A stretch of 64,000 bases of DNA from an uncultured Planctomycetota bacterium (lineage in GTDB: Bacteria > Planctomycetota > Phycisphaerae > Tepidisphaerales > Tepidisphaeraceae). The stretch is taken from contig CAWJEN010000005.1 of the NCBI GenBank assembly GCA_963841915.1, positions 1,250,717 through 1,314,716 of the forward strand, written 5' to 3'. The translations under genes and the position numbers were made by a program. Shown piece by piece: positions 18,046-28,261 of this stretch. Position 1 is the first letter of the stretch. Each line of letters opens with the position of its first letter. The notes under the pieces were generated by a model. It made no database searches. It saw only the letters and a list, made by a program, of their open reading frames with translations, and was not told the origin of the DNA.

Positions 18046-20220
18046 ATGAACGCCTCCGACTTCAAACACGTCAGCTACAACTGGGACGACGCCAAAGCCC
18101 CGTCTGATCCGGTCGAACTCCTCGTTTACCGATCGAACTGCCTCGGTGCCGACCAACGCGTCACCAACACAGGCGGCGGCAACACGAGCAACAAAATCAT
18201 CGAGACCGATCCACTGACGGGTGAGCAGACGGAGGTGCTCTGGGTCAAAGGCTCGGGCGGTGACCTACGGACGAGCAAACGCGGCAATTTCAGCAGCCTG
18301 TACCTCGACAAGCTCGAGAGTCTCAAGAGCAAGTTCGGCAACGCCGACCCCAAGAGCGAAGAGGAGGACGCGATGGTCGGGATGTACCCGCACTGCACGT
18401 TCAACCTGAACCCGCGGCCCAGCAGCATCGACACGCCGCTGCACGCCTACATCCCGCACAAGTACGTCGACCACATGCACCCCAACGCGGCCATCGCGAT
18501 CGCGGCGTGCAAGGACCAGGAGAAGCTCAACAAGGAGATCTGGGGCGACCAGATGGCCTACGTCGATTGGCAGCGGCCGGGCTTCGACCTTGGCCTGCAG
18601 ATGGAGAAGATCGCCAAGGAGAATCCAAATGCCATCGGCATCCTGATGGGCCAGCACGGCCTCATCAACTGGAGCGACGAGAGCGACAAGGCGTGCTACG
18701 AGCTGACGCTGAGCCTCATCGAAAAGGCGGCGGCTTTTATCGAGAAGCACGACAAGGGCGACAAGACTTTTGGTGGCGAGAAGTACAAGAGCCTCGACGA
18801 CGCCAAGCGGAACGAGACGCTGCACGAAATCCTGCCGTGGCTGCGTGGTCAGGTCTCACAGCAAAATCGCTTCATCGGGACCGTCGAATACCGCGACAGT
18901 GTCCTTCGGTTCGTCAACTCCAACGACGCAAAGCGTCTTGCAGAGATCGGCACAAGCTGCCCGGACCACTTCCTGCGGACCAAGATCAAGCCGCTCTACG
19001 TCGATTGGGATCCGACCAGCGGCACCGACAAGCTACGTGAGCTTCTGACGAGCGGGCTTGAGCAGTATCGCAAGGACTACGCCGACTATTACGAGTCATG
19101 CAAGCGGCCCGATTCGCCGGCGATGCGTGACCCGAATCCGACGGTCATCCTTATTCCCGGCGTTGGCATGGTCGCATGGGGCAAGAACAAGAGCGAAAGC
19201 CGCGTGACGGCCGAGTTTTACTGTTGTGCCGTCGAAGTGATGCGTGGTGCCGAGGCGGTCAGCGAATATCAAGGGTTGCCGCGGCAGGAGGCGTTCGACA
19301 TCGAGTACTGGTCACTTGAAGAAGCCAAGCTGCAACGCATGCCGGCCGAGCAGGAATTGGCCCGCCAAGTCTGCGTCGTCATCGGCGGCGGCAGCGGCAT
19401 CGGCAAGGAGACGTGCCACCGACTCGTCAAAGAGGGCGCAGAAATCGTGGCCGTCGACCTCAACGAGCAGGCAGCCAAAGGCACGGCGGAAGAGATCGAG
19501 GCAAAGGTCGGCAAGGGCATCGGCGTCGCCGGCACCGGCATCTCGGGCTGCGGCGACGCGATCGGCCTGTCGGCAGACATCACCGACGCCGACTCGTGCC
19601 GCGTCATGCTCGAACATGTGCTGCTCGCTTACGGAGGTGTCGACCAGGTGCTCGTTACCGCCGGCTACTTCGCCACGCCCGACAACAACGGCGTCAACAC
19701 GCCCGACCAGTGGGACCGCTCCTTCAAGATCAATGTCACCGGCCTCTTCAACGCCGCTGACACGGCCCACAAGATTCTCAAGGCGCAAGGCCTAGGCGGT
19801 GGCATCGTGCTGACGACAAGTGTAAACGCCGTCGTCGCCAAGAAGGGCAGCTTCCCGTATGACACGTCGAAAGCGGCAGCCAACCACCTTGTCCGCGAAT
19901 TGGCCGTCGCCTACGCGCCGGACGTTCGTGTCAACGGCGTCGCGCCCGCGACGGTGGTGGCTGGCAGCAGCATGTTCCCGAAGGACCGCGTGATGGCGAG
20001 CCTTTCGAAGTACGACATCAAGTTTGACGAGAATGCCGACGAAGACACGCTGCGGAATCAGCTCGCCGACTTCTACGCCAAACGAACGCTGACGCACAAG
20101 CCGATCCGGCCGATCGATCAGGCCGAGGCGATCTTCCTGCTCGCCAGCGATCGACTCAGCCGCACGACCGGCCAGATCATCACTGTCGACGGCGGCCTGC
20201 AGGACGCGTTCCTGCGGTAA
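18046..20220 (+). CDS. Bifunctional rhamnulose-1-phosphate aldolase / short-chain dehydrogenase (RhaEW/YuxG type)
   Basis: GGGNTS, SIDTPLH, DHMHP, CPDHFLRTK, DIEYWSLEEAKL, GGGSGIG, YDTSK. Confidence 0.93.
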   Translation: MNASDFKHVSYNWDDAKAPSDPVELLVYRSNCLGADQRVTNTGGGNTSNKIIETDPLTGEQTEVLWVKGSGGDLRTSKRGNFSSLYLDKLESLKSKFGNADPKSEEEDAMVGMYPHCTFNLNPRPSSIDTPLHAYIPHKYVDHMHPNAAIAIAACKDQEKLNKEIWGDQMAYVDWQRPGFDLGLQMEKIAKENPNAIGILMGQHGLINWSDESDKACYELTLSLIEKAAAFIEKHDKGDKTFGGEKYKSLDDAKRNETLHEILPWLRGQVSQQNRFIGTVEYRDSVLRFVNSNDAKRLAEIGTSCPDHFLRTKIKPLYVDWDPTSGTDKLRELLTSGLEQYRKDYADYYESCKRPDSPAMRDPNPTVILIPGVGMVAWGKNKSESRVTAEFYCCAVEVMRGAEAVSEYQGLPRQEAFDIEYWSLEEAKLQRMPAEQELARQVCVVIGGGSGIGKETCHRLVKEGAEIVAVDLNEQAAKGTAEEIEAKVGKGIGVAGTGISGCGDAIGLSADITDADSCRVMLEHVLLAYGGVDQVLVTAGYFATPDNNGVNTPDQWDRSFKINVTGLFNAADTAHKILKAQGLGGGIVLTTSVNAVVAKKGSFPYDTSKAAANHLVRELAVAYAPDVRVNGVAPATVVAGSSMFPKDRVMASLSKYDIKFDENADEDTLRNQLADFYAKRTLTHKPIRPIDQAEAIFLLASDRLSRTTGQIITVDGGLQDAFLR

Positions 20221-20246
20221 AGTCTCGTCGAGTCATGAACCGTCAT

Positions 20247-20277
20247 CGACCCGCCGTCTGGCCTAGGCGGCGGGTCG
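20247..20277 (+). terminator. Hairpin after the rha operon
   Basis: CGACCCGCCGTCT-N5-AGGCGGCGGGTCG. Confidence 0.5.
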
Positions 20278-20293
20278 TCGCGTAGTCTGGCCG

Positions 20294-21034
20294 GTGACAC
20301 TGGACGATGGCTATCGCATCCTGCACACAGGCCACCACGAGCCGTCGCAGGTGGCGGTCACGACAGTTGCTACAGCACGAGATGTCTCACGAGATGCCAG
20401 CCTCAATGGCCCCTGGCAGCGAGAGAAAGAGCGGCTCGGAGACAAGCTATTCGACGGGCCGATGTGTCGTTACGAGTCGCACGAAGCCGACCGAGCAAGG
20501 CTTACGCTGCGGGTCAGTCAGACCGGTTACAGGGCGTTCGTGCAGACGAATCTGTTTGGCCCAAAGGACCTGCCGACTGCCTGCTGTGCAAATCCAATTG
20601 GCGTGTCGGCGACGCTTTTATGCGATGACGACGTGCTTCTCTTCGGCAGGCGTGGCGACGGCGTGGCTTATTACCCGCGACGGCTTCACCCGTTTGCCGG
20701 CTCACTCGAGTGGCCGACAGACGGTGCGGCCATTGACGTATTTGCCGAGTGTCGCCGGGAGCTTGCTGAAGAAGTTTCACTGTCGGCGTGCGATCTGGCT
20801 GATCTGGTCGTCGTCGGCATGGTGGAAGACCTTGACCTTCGGCATCCCGAAGTGATCCTCCATGCGACGACGAGGCTGTCGTCGGTTGAGGTCGAGCGTC
20901 GTCTCGACGCGGCCGAGCATGAGGGTATCGAGCGGGTTGCCGCCAGCGTTTCTGCTGTGCGGCGGGCCGCGGCGGACGCTCGTTTTACGCCTGTTGCGCG
21001 TGCGTCGATGGCGCTGTGGTTGGCGGCGGTATAG
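20294..21034 (+). CDS. NUDIX hydrolase-like protein (NUDT22-like)
   Basis: LFDGP, NPIGVS, PFAGSLE...ECRRELAEEV. Confidence 0.75.
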   Translation: MTLDDGYRILHTGHHEPSQVAVTTVATARDVSRDASLNGPWQREKERLGDKLFDGPMCRYESHEADRARLTLRVSQTGYRAFVQTNLFGPKDLPTACCANPIGVSATLLCDDDVLLFGRRGDGVAYYPRRLHPFAGSLEWPTDGAAIDVFAECRRELAEEVSLSACDLADLVVVGMVEDLDLRHPEVILHATTRLSSVEVERRLDAAEHEGIERVAASVSAVRRAAADARFTPVARASMALWLAAV

Positions 21035-21040
21035 TCGCTC

Positions 21041-21868
21041 GTGCCTGATTATGCAGCTGACCTTGAACTTGCCAAACGTCTCGCCCGGGAGGCAGGTGAC
21101 CTTGCTCTGTCTCACTACGGCAAGGTTGAGCGTCTGACCAAAACTCACGCCGCGACGACGGACGAGCCTGTCACCATCGCCGACCGTGCGGCACAACGCG
21201 TCATCGTCGAGGGACTTCGCAAGTGCTACGCGAACGACGGCATCATCGGCGAAGAAAGCGACACCGGCGAAAGCATCACGGCCGAGAACCTGCAACCCGG
21301 AGGTAGGAACTGGGTCATCGACCCGATCGACGGCACGAACAACTTCATCGCCTGCCTCGGCAACTGGGGCATCTGCATCGGCCTGCTCGACCAAGGCCGG
21401 CCGGTCGTGGGCGTCGTCTACGACGTAACGCGCGACGCCATGTACGCCGGTGCCGAGGGCATCGGTGCGTTCAAGAACGACGAGCCGGTGGAGGCTCTTC
21501 AAGACGCGTGGTCGGCCGCCTCGGTCATGATGCTCACAAGCAACCTGATTTCGAACACAGGCAGCGCACCCGCCTGGGCGGCAAAATTGCTCGATCAGAC
21601 GAATTGGAAAGTCCGCATGCTTGGCACGGCAGCCATCGAGTCAGCCATGGTCGGGGCGGGCATCGCCCACGGCGCGGTCACCATGAACGGCAAGTTATGG
21701 GACTGCGTCGCCCCGGCAGCATTCACCATTGCCGCGGGCGGCGTCGTGACCAAGCCGGACGGCAGCGAGCTGTTCCCATTCGACGTGGGCGGATACAGAG
21801 GGGCGAAAGTCCCGTTCATCACTGCCGGAAAAGCAGCGCTCGCCGGCTTGGTCGAGAAGGTCCGCTGA
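21041..21868 (+). CDS. Inositol monophosphatase family protein
   Basis: PVTIAD, IIGEE, WVIDPIDGTNNF, WDCVA. Confidence 0.92.
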   Translation: MPDYAADLELAKRLAREAGDLALSHYGKVERLTKTHAATTDEPVTIADRAAQRVIVEGLRKCYANDGIIGEESDTGESITAENLQPGGRNWVIDPIDGTNNFIACLGNWGICIGLLDQGRPVVGVVYDVTRDAMYAGAEGIGAFKNDEPVEALQDAWSAASVMMLTSNLISNTGSAPAWAAKLLDQTNWKVRMLGTAAIESAMVGAGIAHGAVTMNGKLWDCVAPAAFTIAAGGVVTKPDGSELFPFDVGGYRGAKVPFITAGKAALAGLVEKVR

Positions 21869-22162
21869 TCACTTGGGAAGCTTAGCCGGCTCGCCCGGTG
21901 GATACTTCTTCAAGACTGCTTCGGCAAGGTCAATGCCGTTGACGTTGGCCAGGGTGCAGAGCCACGCCAACACGTCGGCAAACTCTTCCTGCAGGTTGTC
22001 ACGTCCGGTGTCACGTGCCAGGGCGCGAGCGAGCTCGCCCACTTCTTCACTGAACCAGAGCCATGTGCCAGCCGTTCCGCGGGCCGCGTCGGCTTCGTAG
22101 TAGCGGTCACGGATGAGCTGCTGAAACTGCGCCAGCGGCATGGCCTTGGGGTCTTCAGTCAT
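21869..22162 (-). CDS. MazG-like nucleotide pyrophosphohydrolase
   Basis: WFSEEVGELARA, EEFADVLAWLCTLAN, KKYP. Confidence 0.88.
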   Translation of the reverse strand: MTEDPKAMPLAQFQQLIRDRYYEADAARGTAGTWLWFSEEVGELARALARDTGRDNLQEEFADVLAWLCTLANVNGIDLAEAVLKKYPPGEPAKLPK

Positions 22163-23201
22163 GGCCCGAACGTAGTCGACCGGCAGCGGCGCGGGCGGCT
22201 TCGATCCATAGCGATAAGCCACGACGCCGGTGGCCTGGCAGGCGCATCAGGTAACGGGCGATGCACAGCGCGGCGGCAGGGTCGTGCTTCAACCATGCCG
22301 TCGCCCGACGCAGCAGTGCCTTGCCCGTTAGGTCATCGGCATGTTGGCGAGCCGCTTGATCGGCATCGCCAAGCGTTGCTCGCCGCCACTGCTGCATGAG
22401 GCGAAGCGCCGGTCGCGTGTTCAGTGGTGCCAGGTCGTCCCAGCTGTACAGCTTCCGCATCGTCGCAATCGCGGCGGCGTCGGCCTTGTGTCCGAGGAGT
22501 GTCTCGATGTACCGCTTGGCGACGGGAACCGCTTGCGCCTGTTGATGGCTCGCGTATTTGGCCGTGATAGATCCACGCCTGCGTCTGTAGCGGACGAGTT
22601 GCTCCGGCACCACGCCCAGCAGGTGCCCGCCGGCGACCATGCGGGTCCACAGGTCGTAATCCTCCATCGCCAGTGTGGTCGTGTCGTAGCCACCGACCGC
22701 CTCCAATGCGGTCCGCCGGAGGGTCATCGTCGGGTGGTAAAGCTGCAGGCCGTGACCCATCGACCATGTCACGTGCGATGCGTCGGGGTAGGGCTTTGCC
22801 TTGATGCCGATGGGCTGACCTTCGTCATCGATTTCGGTCGTCCACGTCGCGCACCCGGCCAGCGAAGCGTCACGATCGAGCAGGACGACTTGCTGTTCCA
22901 GTCGCGTGGGCTCGCAGATGTCGTCGCCGTCGATGCGGGCGATGTACTCGCCGCGGCACATTTTGAGGCCGCGGCTGAGGGAACCGACGTGGCCAAGATT
23001 GCTGTCGTTACGCACGTAGCGAACACGCTCATCGCCAGTCGCTTGTAGCAGGGCAGCCGTCCCGTCCGTCGACGCGTCGTCGACTGCAACGAGTTCGAAG
23101 TCGCCAAACGTCTGGCTGAAGATGCCGGCCAGCGTTTCTTCGAGATACCGGCCGTCGTTGTAGACAGCCAGGAGAAAGCTCACTCGCGGCGTCGAGCTCA
23201 T
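22155..23201 (-). CDS. Glycosyltransferase family 2
   Basis: VDDASTDGT, ARIDGDD, EDYDLW. Confidence 0.92.
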   Translation of the reverse strand: MSSTPRVSFLLAVYNDGRYLEETLAGIFSQTFGDFELVAVDDASTDGTAALLQATGDERVRYVRNDSNLGHVGSLSRGLKMCRGEYIARIDGDDICEPTRLEQQVVLLDRDASLAGCATWTTEIDDEGQPIGIKAKPYPDASHVTWSMGHGLQLYHPTMTLRRTALEAVGGYDTTTLAMEDYDLWTRMVAGGHLLGVVPEQLVRYRRRRGSITAKYASHQQAQAVPVAKRYIETLLGHKADAAAIATMRKLYSWDDLAPLNTRPALRLMQQWRRATLGDADQAARQHADDLTGKALLRRATAWLKHDPAAALCIARYLMRLPGHRRRGLSLWIEAARAAAGRLRSGHD

Positions 23202-24451
23202 GTTGCGACTCCGTCAAAGAAGTCGCCGTACGCCGCGTCCGCTAACGCAACCTGTCTTTCCGCGGCTGCACGGAGCGGCACTTGTAACGTGTCTGCCGCG
23301 TCCCAAAGGTGCGTCGCCTCTTCGACGATGCGTTGGCGAAGGTCGTTCGCGTCGAGCGGCAATGTGGTCATGCCGACCCCGAACTGCCTCGCGACGCCGC
23401 CAAGTTTCGCCGCGTAGTAGTCGCTCTTGTATAGCCCGATCACTGGCACGCCCATCGACAGGGCAAAGACAGCATTGTGGTACGCACCTGTGACGACGAC
23501 ACGGCACGACGCCAATCGCTCGAACGCATCGGCGGGTGTGCGAACCTGCCGGGCGGCGGCGATAGCGGCTTCGTCGTCGATGAGCCGGGCTGCGGAGGCA
23601 ACATCGTTGTCCGGTGAGTCGCTTGTCCGAATGATCGTCGGAAGCGGCGTGGCTTTACGGTGCTGGCAGATGTCTGCAATGGCGGCGCGTGTCGCCTCAA
23701 CCGCCGCGGCAGGTACGTCGGCGTCACCGGCGAGCCGAAGGTTGACGCCCAGGTGCGTCCGACCGGCTAACGGCTTCGTCTGGTGCGCAAGGTAGATGGC
23801 GTCGTCGCCGGTGACGCGGCTGTGGGCCACGCCGAGCCGTGTGGCCTCGCCCGTGCTGAGTTCGCCTTCACGCAGGGTCAGCGTGTCGAGCCGCTTGAGA
23901 ACGGGGCCGCAGTGCTGCTTGATGTCTTCGCGGCTGACAGGTCCGAGGCCGATCCCGAACATGGCAGTCGGCTTGCCGAGTCCTTGAGCAAGATTGAGCG
24001 TCGCACACACCTTCCACGCGTGCTCGTGGTAATAGTCGTTGACGTATCCGCCCCCGGCGGCGAGCACGACGTCGGCACGCTCCACTTCGTCATAAAGCGC
24101 CCCGGCCCGCGCACGTTCGTCGGGCGTCGCCCAGTGGTCGAGCGACTTTCCAAGCTTTGCAAGCTTCGGAAAATGCCCGGCCAGCATGTGCTCCTTCCAC
24201 CGAACCCGGCGGACGAGCTGCTTCCATTCGAGCCACTTCGGCACAGGCACCACCCGCAGCCGAAACCAGGGCCCGGCCAATACCGGCTCGACCTTGGGAA
24301 GCACGTGCAGCAGCCGCTCCGGTTGCGTCGTCACCACCGCAACCTCTGCCTGCGGGAAGCGGCCGCGGATGCGCTCGACTGTCGTCTGCAGCATCGCGAG
24401 GTCGCCGACGTTGTCGCACTCGTACGTGCCACTTTCCAGAAGAAACCGCAT
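23198..24451 (-). CDS. Polysaccharide pyruvyl transferase family protein
   Basis: NVGDLAM, AGGGY, GIGLGP, TLREGELS, TGDDA, YHNAVFALSMGVP. Confidence 0.85.
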   Translation of the reverse strand: MRFLLESGTYECDNVGDLAMLQTTVERIRGRFPQAEVAVVTTQPERLLHVLPKVEPVLAGPWFRLRVVPVPKWLEWKQLVRRVRWKEHMLAGHFPKLAKLGKSLDHWATPDERARAGALYDEVERADVVLAAGGGYVNDYYHEHAWKVCATLNLAQGLGKPTAMFGIGLGPVSREDIKQHCGPVLKRLDTLTLREGELSTGEATRLGVAHSRVTGDDAIYLAHQTKPLAGRTHLGVNLRLAGDADVPAAAVEATRAAIADICQHRKATPLPTIIRTSDSPDNDVASAARLIDDEAAIAAARQVRTPADAFERLASCRVVVTGAYHNAVFALSMGVPVIGLYKSDYYAAKLGGVARQFGVGMTTLPLDANDLRQRIVEEATHLWDAADTLQVPLRAAAERQVALADAAYGDFFDGVAT

Positions 24452-26022
24452 TACGGCGTCTCCAACGGCAAGCGGTAGATGCGAATCGTTGGGCTCATGT
24501 GCGGCGGCGTCGGGCCTGGCGGCGCGAACTCGACGAGTGGCTTGTGCTTCAGCAGCTCGCCGTACCGCTGGCGGACGCGGTCGAACGTCTCGCCGAAATC
24601 ATCAGTGACGTCGACGCCCGGCATGAAGAACTGCTCGTAGCTGCGGTCTGCAACGGCAAGGTGCGTGTAACCCTCTGCCGTCAACGTGTCTGTTGTTGTC
24701 TCGTTCAGGATGAGCGGGATGCGGGTCGACGGCACCGGCACATCCCAATGCCACAAGCCGGTCCAGGCGTCGTGGGCCAACTTGGCGTCGGACGGCAGAT
24801 TCGCCTGCAACCATTCGCGGGCCTCCAGTCGTGTGTCACGCTGAAACACCTTGAGGTATCCCAGCGATCGCAACGCCTGCGGCACGAGCCACAGGCCGCA
24901 GATGAGCAACAGGCCAACGACAGAGATAATCTGCAAACCGCGGCTGCGGGCGGTACGGGCGAACGTGGCCGTGGCGAGCGAGCCGATACCCATGCCGCCG
25001 AACATCACGAGCAGCACAACCGACGGCAGGATGTAGCGTGGCGAGACGACGCGCGAGAGCGAGACGAGCGCGAACAGGCCCACAGCCAAAGCCGGCACGA
25101 GCCACCAGCCGCGCCACCGGCGATCGGGCTTCGTAGGAATCGTGAACGCTTCGTAGATGACGAGCACGAACAGGACGCCGCCGAGCGAGTAGAGCTCGGC
25201 TCCGTAGACGCTCAGCCGTGGCAGAATGAGGCCGGCGTGGCCGGTGGCGACGTGGTCGGCCTCGCGCTTCCAGCCCTCGATCATGTTGCCGAATTGCCAC
25301 AGCGCCGGCAGGTTGATCAGGACGAACGTCACCGCGGCGGCGGCGAGTGTGAGCAGCGTCGGCACAAGCCGCTTGCCGTCACGCCCGACACTTGCGATGA
25401 GCACAAGGCCGGCGATGGTGAGCACGCCACCGATCCACTTGCCACAGAGCATCAGACCACACGCAACGCCGAAGGCAATGAGGCGGCCGCGGGTCTTGCT
25501 GTTGAGGAACCACGCTGCCGTCGCCAACCAGACGCTGATCGTGAAGACGAAGGCGGTGTCCTCTTTGACGTAATGGGCGTTGGCGAGCAGCGACGGGCTG
25601 AGCGTGAGTCCGCCGGCGACGGCTAAACCTCCGACGACGCCACGAATGGAGCATGCCAGACCCGTCAAAGTGGCGACGGCTAATGCGGCGAAGATCGCAC
25701 TGGCCCAGCGGCCACTCTCGGCGATCCGCTGATAGTGCGGCAGGTACGGATCATCTGCAGCTACGCGGCCGTCGAGCTCGCCGGTTCGCAAGAAGACGAT
25801 TGCCTGTGCAGCCCGCAGCGTGAGTTGCGGATGATTGAAGTTGTAGTGTCCCGTCGCGATCTGCTCGGCCTTACTCGGCTCGTCAGGATGAAACAGGAAT
25901 GGAAACTGGTTGGCCCGTGTGAACAGGAACAGCGACGCGCAGAACGTCATCGCGCACAGCACCATCATGGCCGTCGTCCGTCGGCCGGGGCGGTCGAAGA
26001 ACGGTTCGGCTTGAAACGTCAT
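24451..26022 (-). CDS. GT-C fold (ArnT/PMT-like) membrane glycosyltransferase
   Basis: Multiple TM helices, HPDE motif after TM1, HYVKED, PRYILP. Confidence 0.75.
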   Translation of the reverse strand: MTFQAEPFFDRPGRRTTAMMVLCAMTFCASLFLFTRANQFPFLFHPDEPSKAEQIATGHYNFNHPQLTLRAAQAIVFLRTGELDGRVAADDPYLPHYQRIAESGRWASAIFAALAVATLTGLACSIRGVVGGLAVAGGLTLSPSLLANAHYVKEDTAFVFTISVWLATAAWFLNSKTRGRLIAFGVACGLMLCGKWIGGVLTIAGLVLIASVGRDGKRLVPTLLTLAAAAVTFVLINLPALWQFGNMIEGWKREADHVATGHAGLILPRLSVYGAELYSLGGVLFVLVIYEAFTIPTKPDRRWRGWWLVPALAVGLFALVSLSRVVSPRYILPSVVLLVMFGGMGIGSLATATFARTARSRGLQIISVVGLLLICGLWLVPQALRSLGYLKVFQRDTRLEAREWLQANLPSDAKLAHDAWTGLWHWDVPVPSTRIPLILNETTTDTLTAEGYTHLAVADRSYEQFFMPGVDVTDDFGETFDRVRQRYGELLKHKPLVEFAPPGPTPPHMSPTIRIYRLPLETP

Positions 26023-27251
26023 GCGGCGGAGCTCGTCGCGGCGGAGGTCTCGTGCGACCAGACGTGGTCGATGAGCGTCGCCGCCGCCCGTTGATCGAGT
26101 GCGGCACCGGCATGGTGAAAGACGCTGGCCGTGACGTGCATTTCGGCCGCACGCGTGATGTGGTCGGCCGTTTCACCGTCCACCTGCAGGGCGGCGGCGA
26201 TGCGATAGCGACCAGTCGTCAGGGGCAAACGCTGCATCACGCAACGAAGCGTGCCGAGTTTGCCAAGCGGCAGAAGGTCCGGCCGTGTCAAATGCGTGTG
26301 AATAGCTGCGATGGGCGTCTCTTGATCGTTGTAGATTGTCGTCGAGATGCTCACCGGCACGCCAGGTTTCTTGGCTTCGTAGTCGAACTCAAGCGTGACG
26401 TCCTCGCCGCCCATGACCTCGGTGGTGAGGTTGCCGGCCTGGTCGAGCACGCGGATGTCTCGCATGCGGGCGAGCCCGCTGCCTGGCCGCGAGTCCGGGT
26501 CGTCGCTGGTGCTGGCCCCTTGTTCGAGCGAGCGGGCGAGGTAGTTGCGGACGACCTCGTCGGCCGGTCCATCCATGATGAGGTTGCCGCTTTCCATGAG
26601 CAGGGCCCGCGGGCAAAGCGACTGAATCGAGCCCATGTTGTGGCTGACGAGCAGAACGGTGATGCCGCTCTTGGCAACTTCGTCCATCTTGGCCAGGCAG
26701 CGACGCTGGAAGTCGGCGTCACCGACGGCGAGCACTTCGTCAACGATGAGGACCTCAGGCCGCAGGTGGACGGCAACGCTGAAGGCCAAACGCACGTACA
26801 TGCCGCTGGAGTACCGCTTAACCGGCGTGTCGAGGTACCGCTCGACGCCTGCGAAATCGACGATGGCATCGAACTGCCGCTTGATCTCGCGACGGCTCAT
26901 GCCGAGCACGGCACCATTGAGGAAGACGTTTTCGCGGCCGGTGAGTTCGGGGTGAAAGCCGGTGCCGACTTCGAGCAGCGAGCCGACGCGGCCCCAGAGG
27001 GCGACTTGGCCGGTGGTCGGTTCGGTGATGTGGCTGAGGACTTTGAGCAGAGTGCTCTTGCCCGCGCCGTTTCGGCCGACAAGGCCGACGACTTCACCCT
27101 TGCCGATCTCGAAAGAGACGTCGCGTAGTGCCCAGACGGTTTCGCGTGTGACTTTGGCCAGGCGTTTGCCGGCGACGGCTTCCTTGTGGAAGATCTTGTA
27201 CGACTTGCCGAGCCCGCGGGCGACGATGGCGGGGTTGAGGTCAGATGACAT
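26019..27251 (-). CDS. wzt: Wzt-type polysaccharide ABC transporter ATP-binding protein with C-terminal carbohydrate-binding domain
   Basis: GRNGAGKST, GFHPELTGREN, YSSGM, DEVLAVGD. Confidence 0.92.
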   Translation of the reverse strand: MSSDLNPAIVARGLGKSYKIFHKEAVAGKRLAKVTRETVWALRDVSFEIGKGEVVGLVGRNGAGKSTLLKVLSHITEPTTGQVALWGRVGSLLEVGTGFHPELTGRENVFLNGAVLGMSRREIKRQFDAIVDFAGVERYLDTPVKRYSSGMYVRLAFSVAVHLRPEVLIVDEVLAVGDADFQRRCLAKMDEVAKSGITVLLVSHNMGSIQSLCPRALLMESGNLIMDGPADEVVRNYLARSLEQGASTSDDPDSRPGSGLARMRDIRVLDQAGNLTTEVMGGEDVTLEFDYEAKKPGVPVSISTTIYNDQETPIAAIHTHLTRPDLLPLGKLGTLRCVMQRLPLTTGRYRIAAALQVDGETADHITRAAEMHVTASVFHHAGAALDQRAAATLIDHVWSHETSAATSSAA

Positions 27252-28137
27252 CGGCAAAGCTCCGTTCCATACGGCGGAAGGCCAGGCCGCCGACCAGCAG
27301 CGACACAAGTGTGAAGCCGGCGGCGTAGGCGAGCCAAGCCCACGGCACCGAGCCGTAGTCGAGCGGGCCACCGTCCAGCGTCGCCACACGGAAGGTCTCG
27401 ATCAGCGGGACCGCCGGGTTCAGATAAAGGATCCACCGCATGTCAGCGGGTACTTCCTGGATCGGCCACATGATCGCGCTGCCCCACATGGCAAACTGCA
27501 CGAAGACAGGCGCAAGGTGCAACGCGTCGCGGTAGATAACGCCCGCCGCGGCAATGATGAGCCCGACGCCGAGGGCAAGTAGCCAGGACAGGACAATGGC
27601 GACCGGCACAAGCAGCACCTCAGGCCCCGGCACGTACCACTGCGACAGGATTAGCACCACCAGTACCAAGCCAGCGACGGCGAAGTCGATCAAGACCGTC
27701 AGCAGCGTCGCGATCGGCAGGACAAGTCTCGGGAAGTAGACCTTCCCGACAAGAGCGCGATTGGTGACGAGAGACGATCCGCTCCGCAGCAGCACGTTGG
27801 CAGTGCTCTGCCAAAGGGTCAAACCGGCAAAGGTCCACAAGAAGTAGGGCACCTCGCCCGGTGCCTTCAGGTTGGCCACCTTGGCGAAGATGAACGAGAA
27901 GATGCCCGCCCCGATCAGCGGCTGCAGGACGACCCAGACAACGCCCAGGACCGTCTGCTTGTATCGTGCCCGCACGTCACGACCTGCCAGTGCCAGCAGG
28001 AGTTCGCCGCGCCCTTTAAGCTCGCCCAGGCCCAGGTTGGCCCAGCCGGTGTTGGCTTGGAGCAGCTGTGTCGGTGGCGTCTGATAACGGGACAGGTCGA
28101 CGACGCTCTCCTCGGATGACATAGCGGCGGTCGTCAT
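27241..28137 (-). CDS. wzm: Wzm-type polysaccharide ABC transporter permease
   Basis: RYKQTVLG, KVYFPR, YRD, LNP, ERSFADVI. Confidence 0.92.
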   Translation of the reverse strand: MTTAAMSSEESVVDLSRYQTPPTQLLQANTGWANLGLGELKGRGELLLALAGRDVRARYKQTVLGVVWVVLQPLIGAGIFSFIFAKVANLKAPGEVPYFLWTFAGLTLWQSTANVLLRSGSSLVTNRALVGKVYFPRLVLPIATLLTVLIDFAVAGLVLVVLILSQWYVPGPEVLLVPVAIVLSWLLALGVGLIIAAAGVIYRDALHLAPVFVQFAMWGSAIMWPIQEVPADMRWILYLNPAVPLIETFRVATLDGGPLDYGSVPWAWLAYAAGFTLVSLLVGGLAFRRMERSFADVI

Positions 28138-28261
28138 GGCTGTTCAAACAATACGGTGGTGCAGGCGGCGGCGACTGGATCGACAGGCGCTCCCTGCCGA
28201 TGCATCGGACAGAAGCGATGGCCACCTTGCGACTCGAATCACTTCCGTCAGGCCAAGGCCG

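Noticed and set aside
20268..20279. 12-bp match (CGGCGGGTCGTC) to the parS-cassette 18-mer
   Set aside because: Part of a terminator-like stem, short and GC-rich, with no parS or other cassette motifs nearby.
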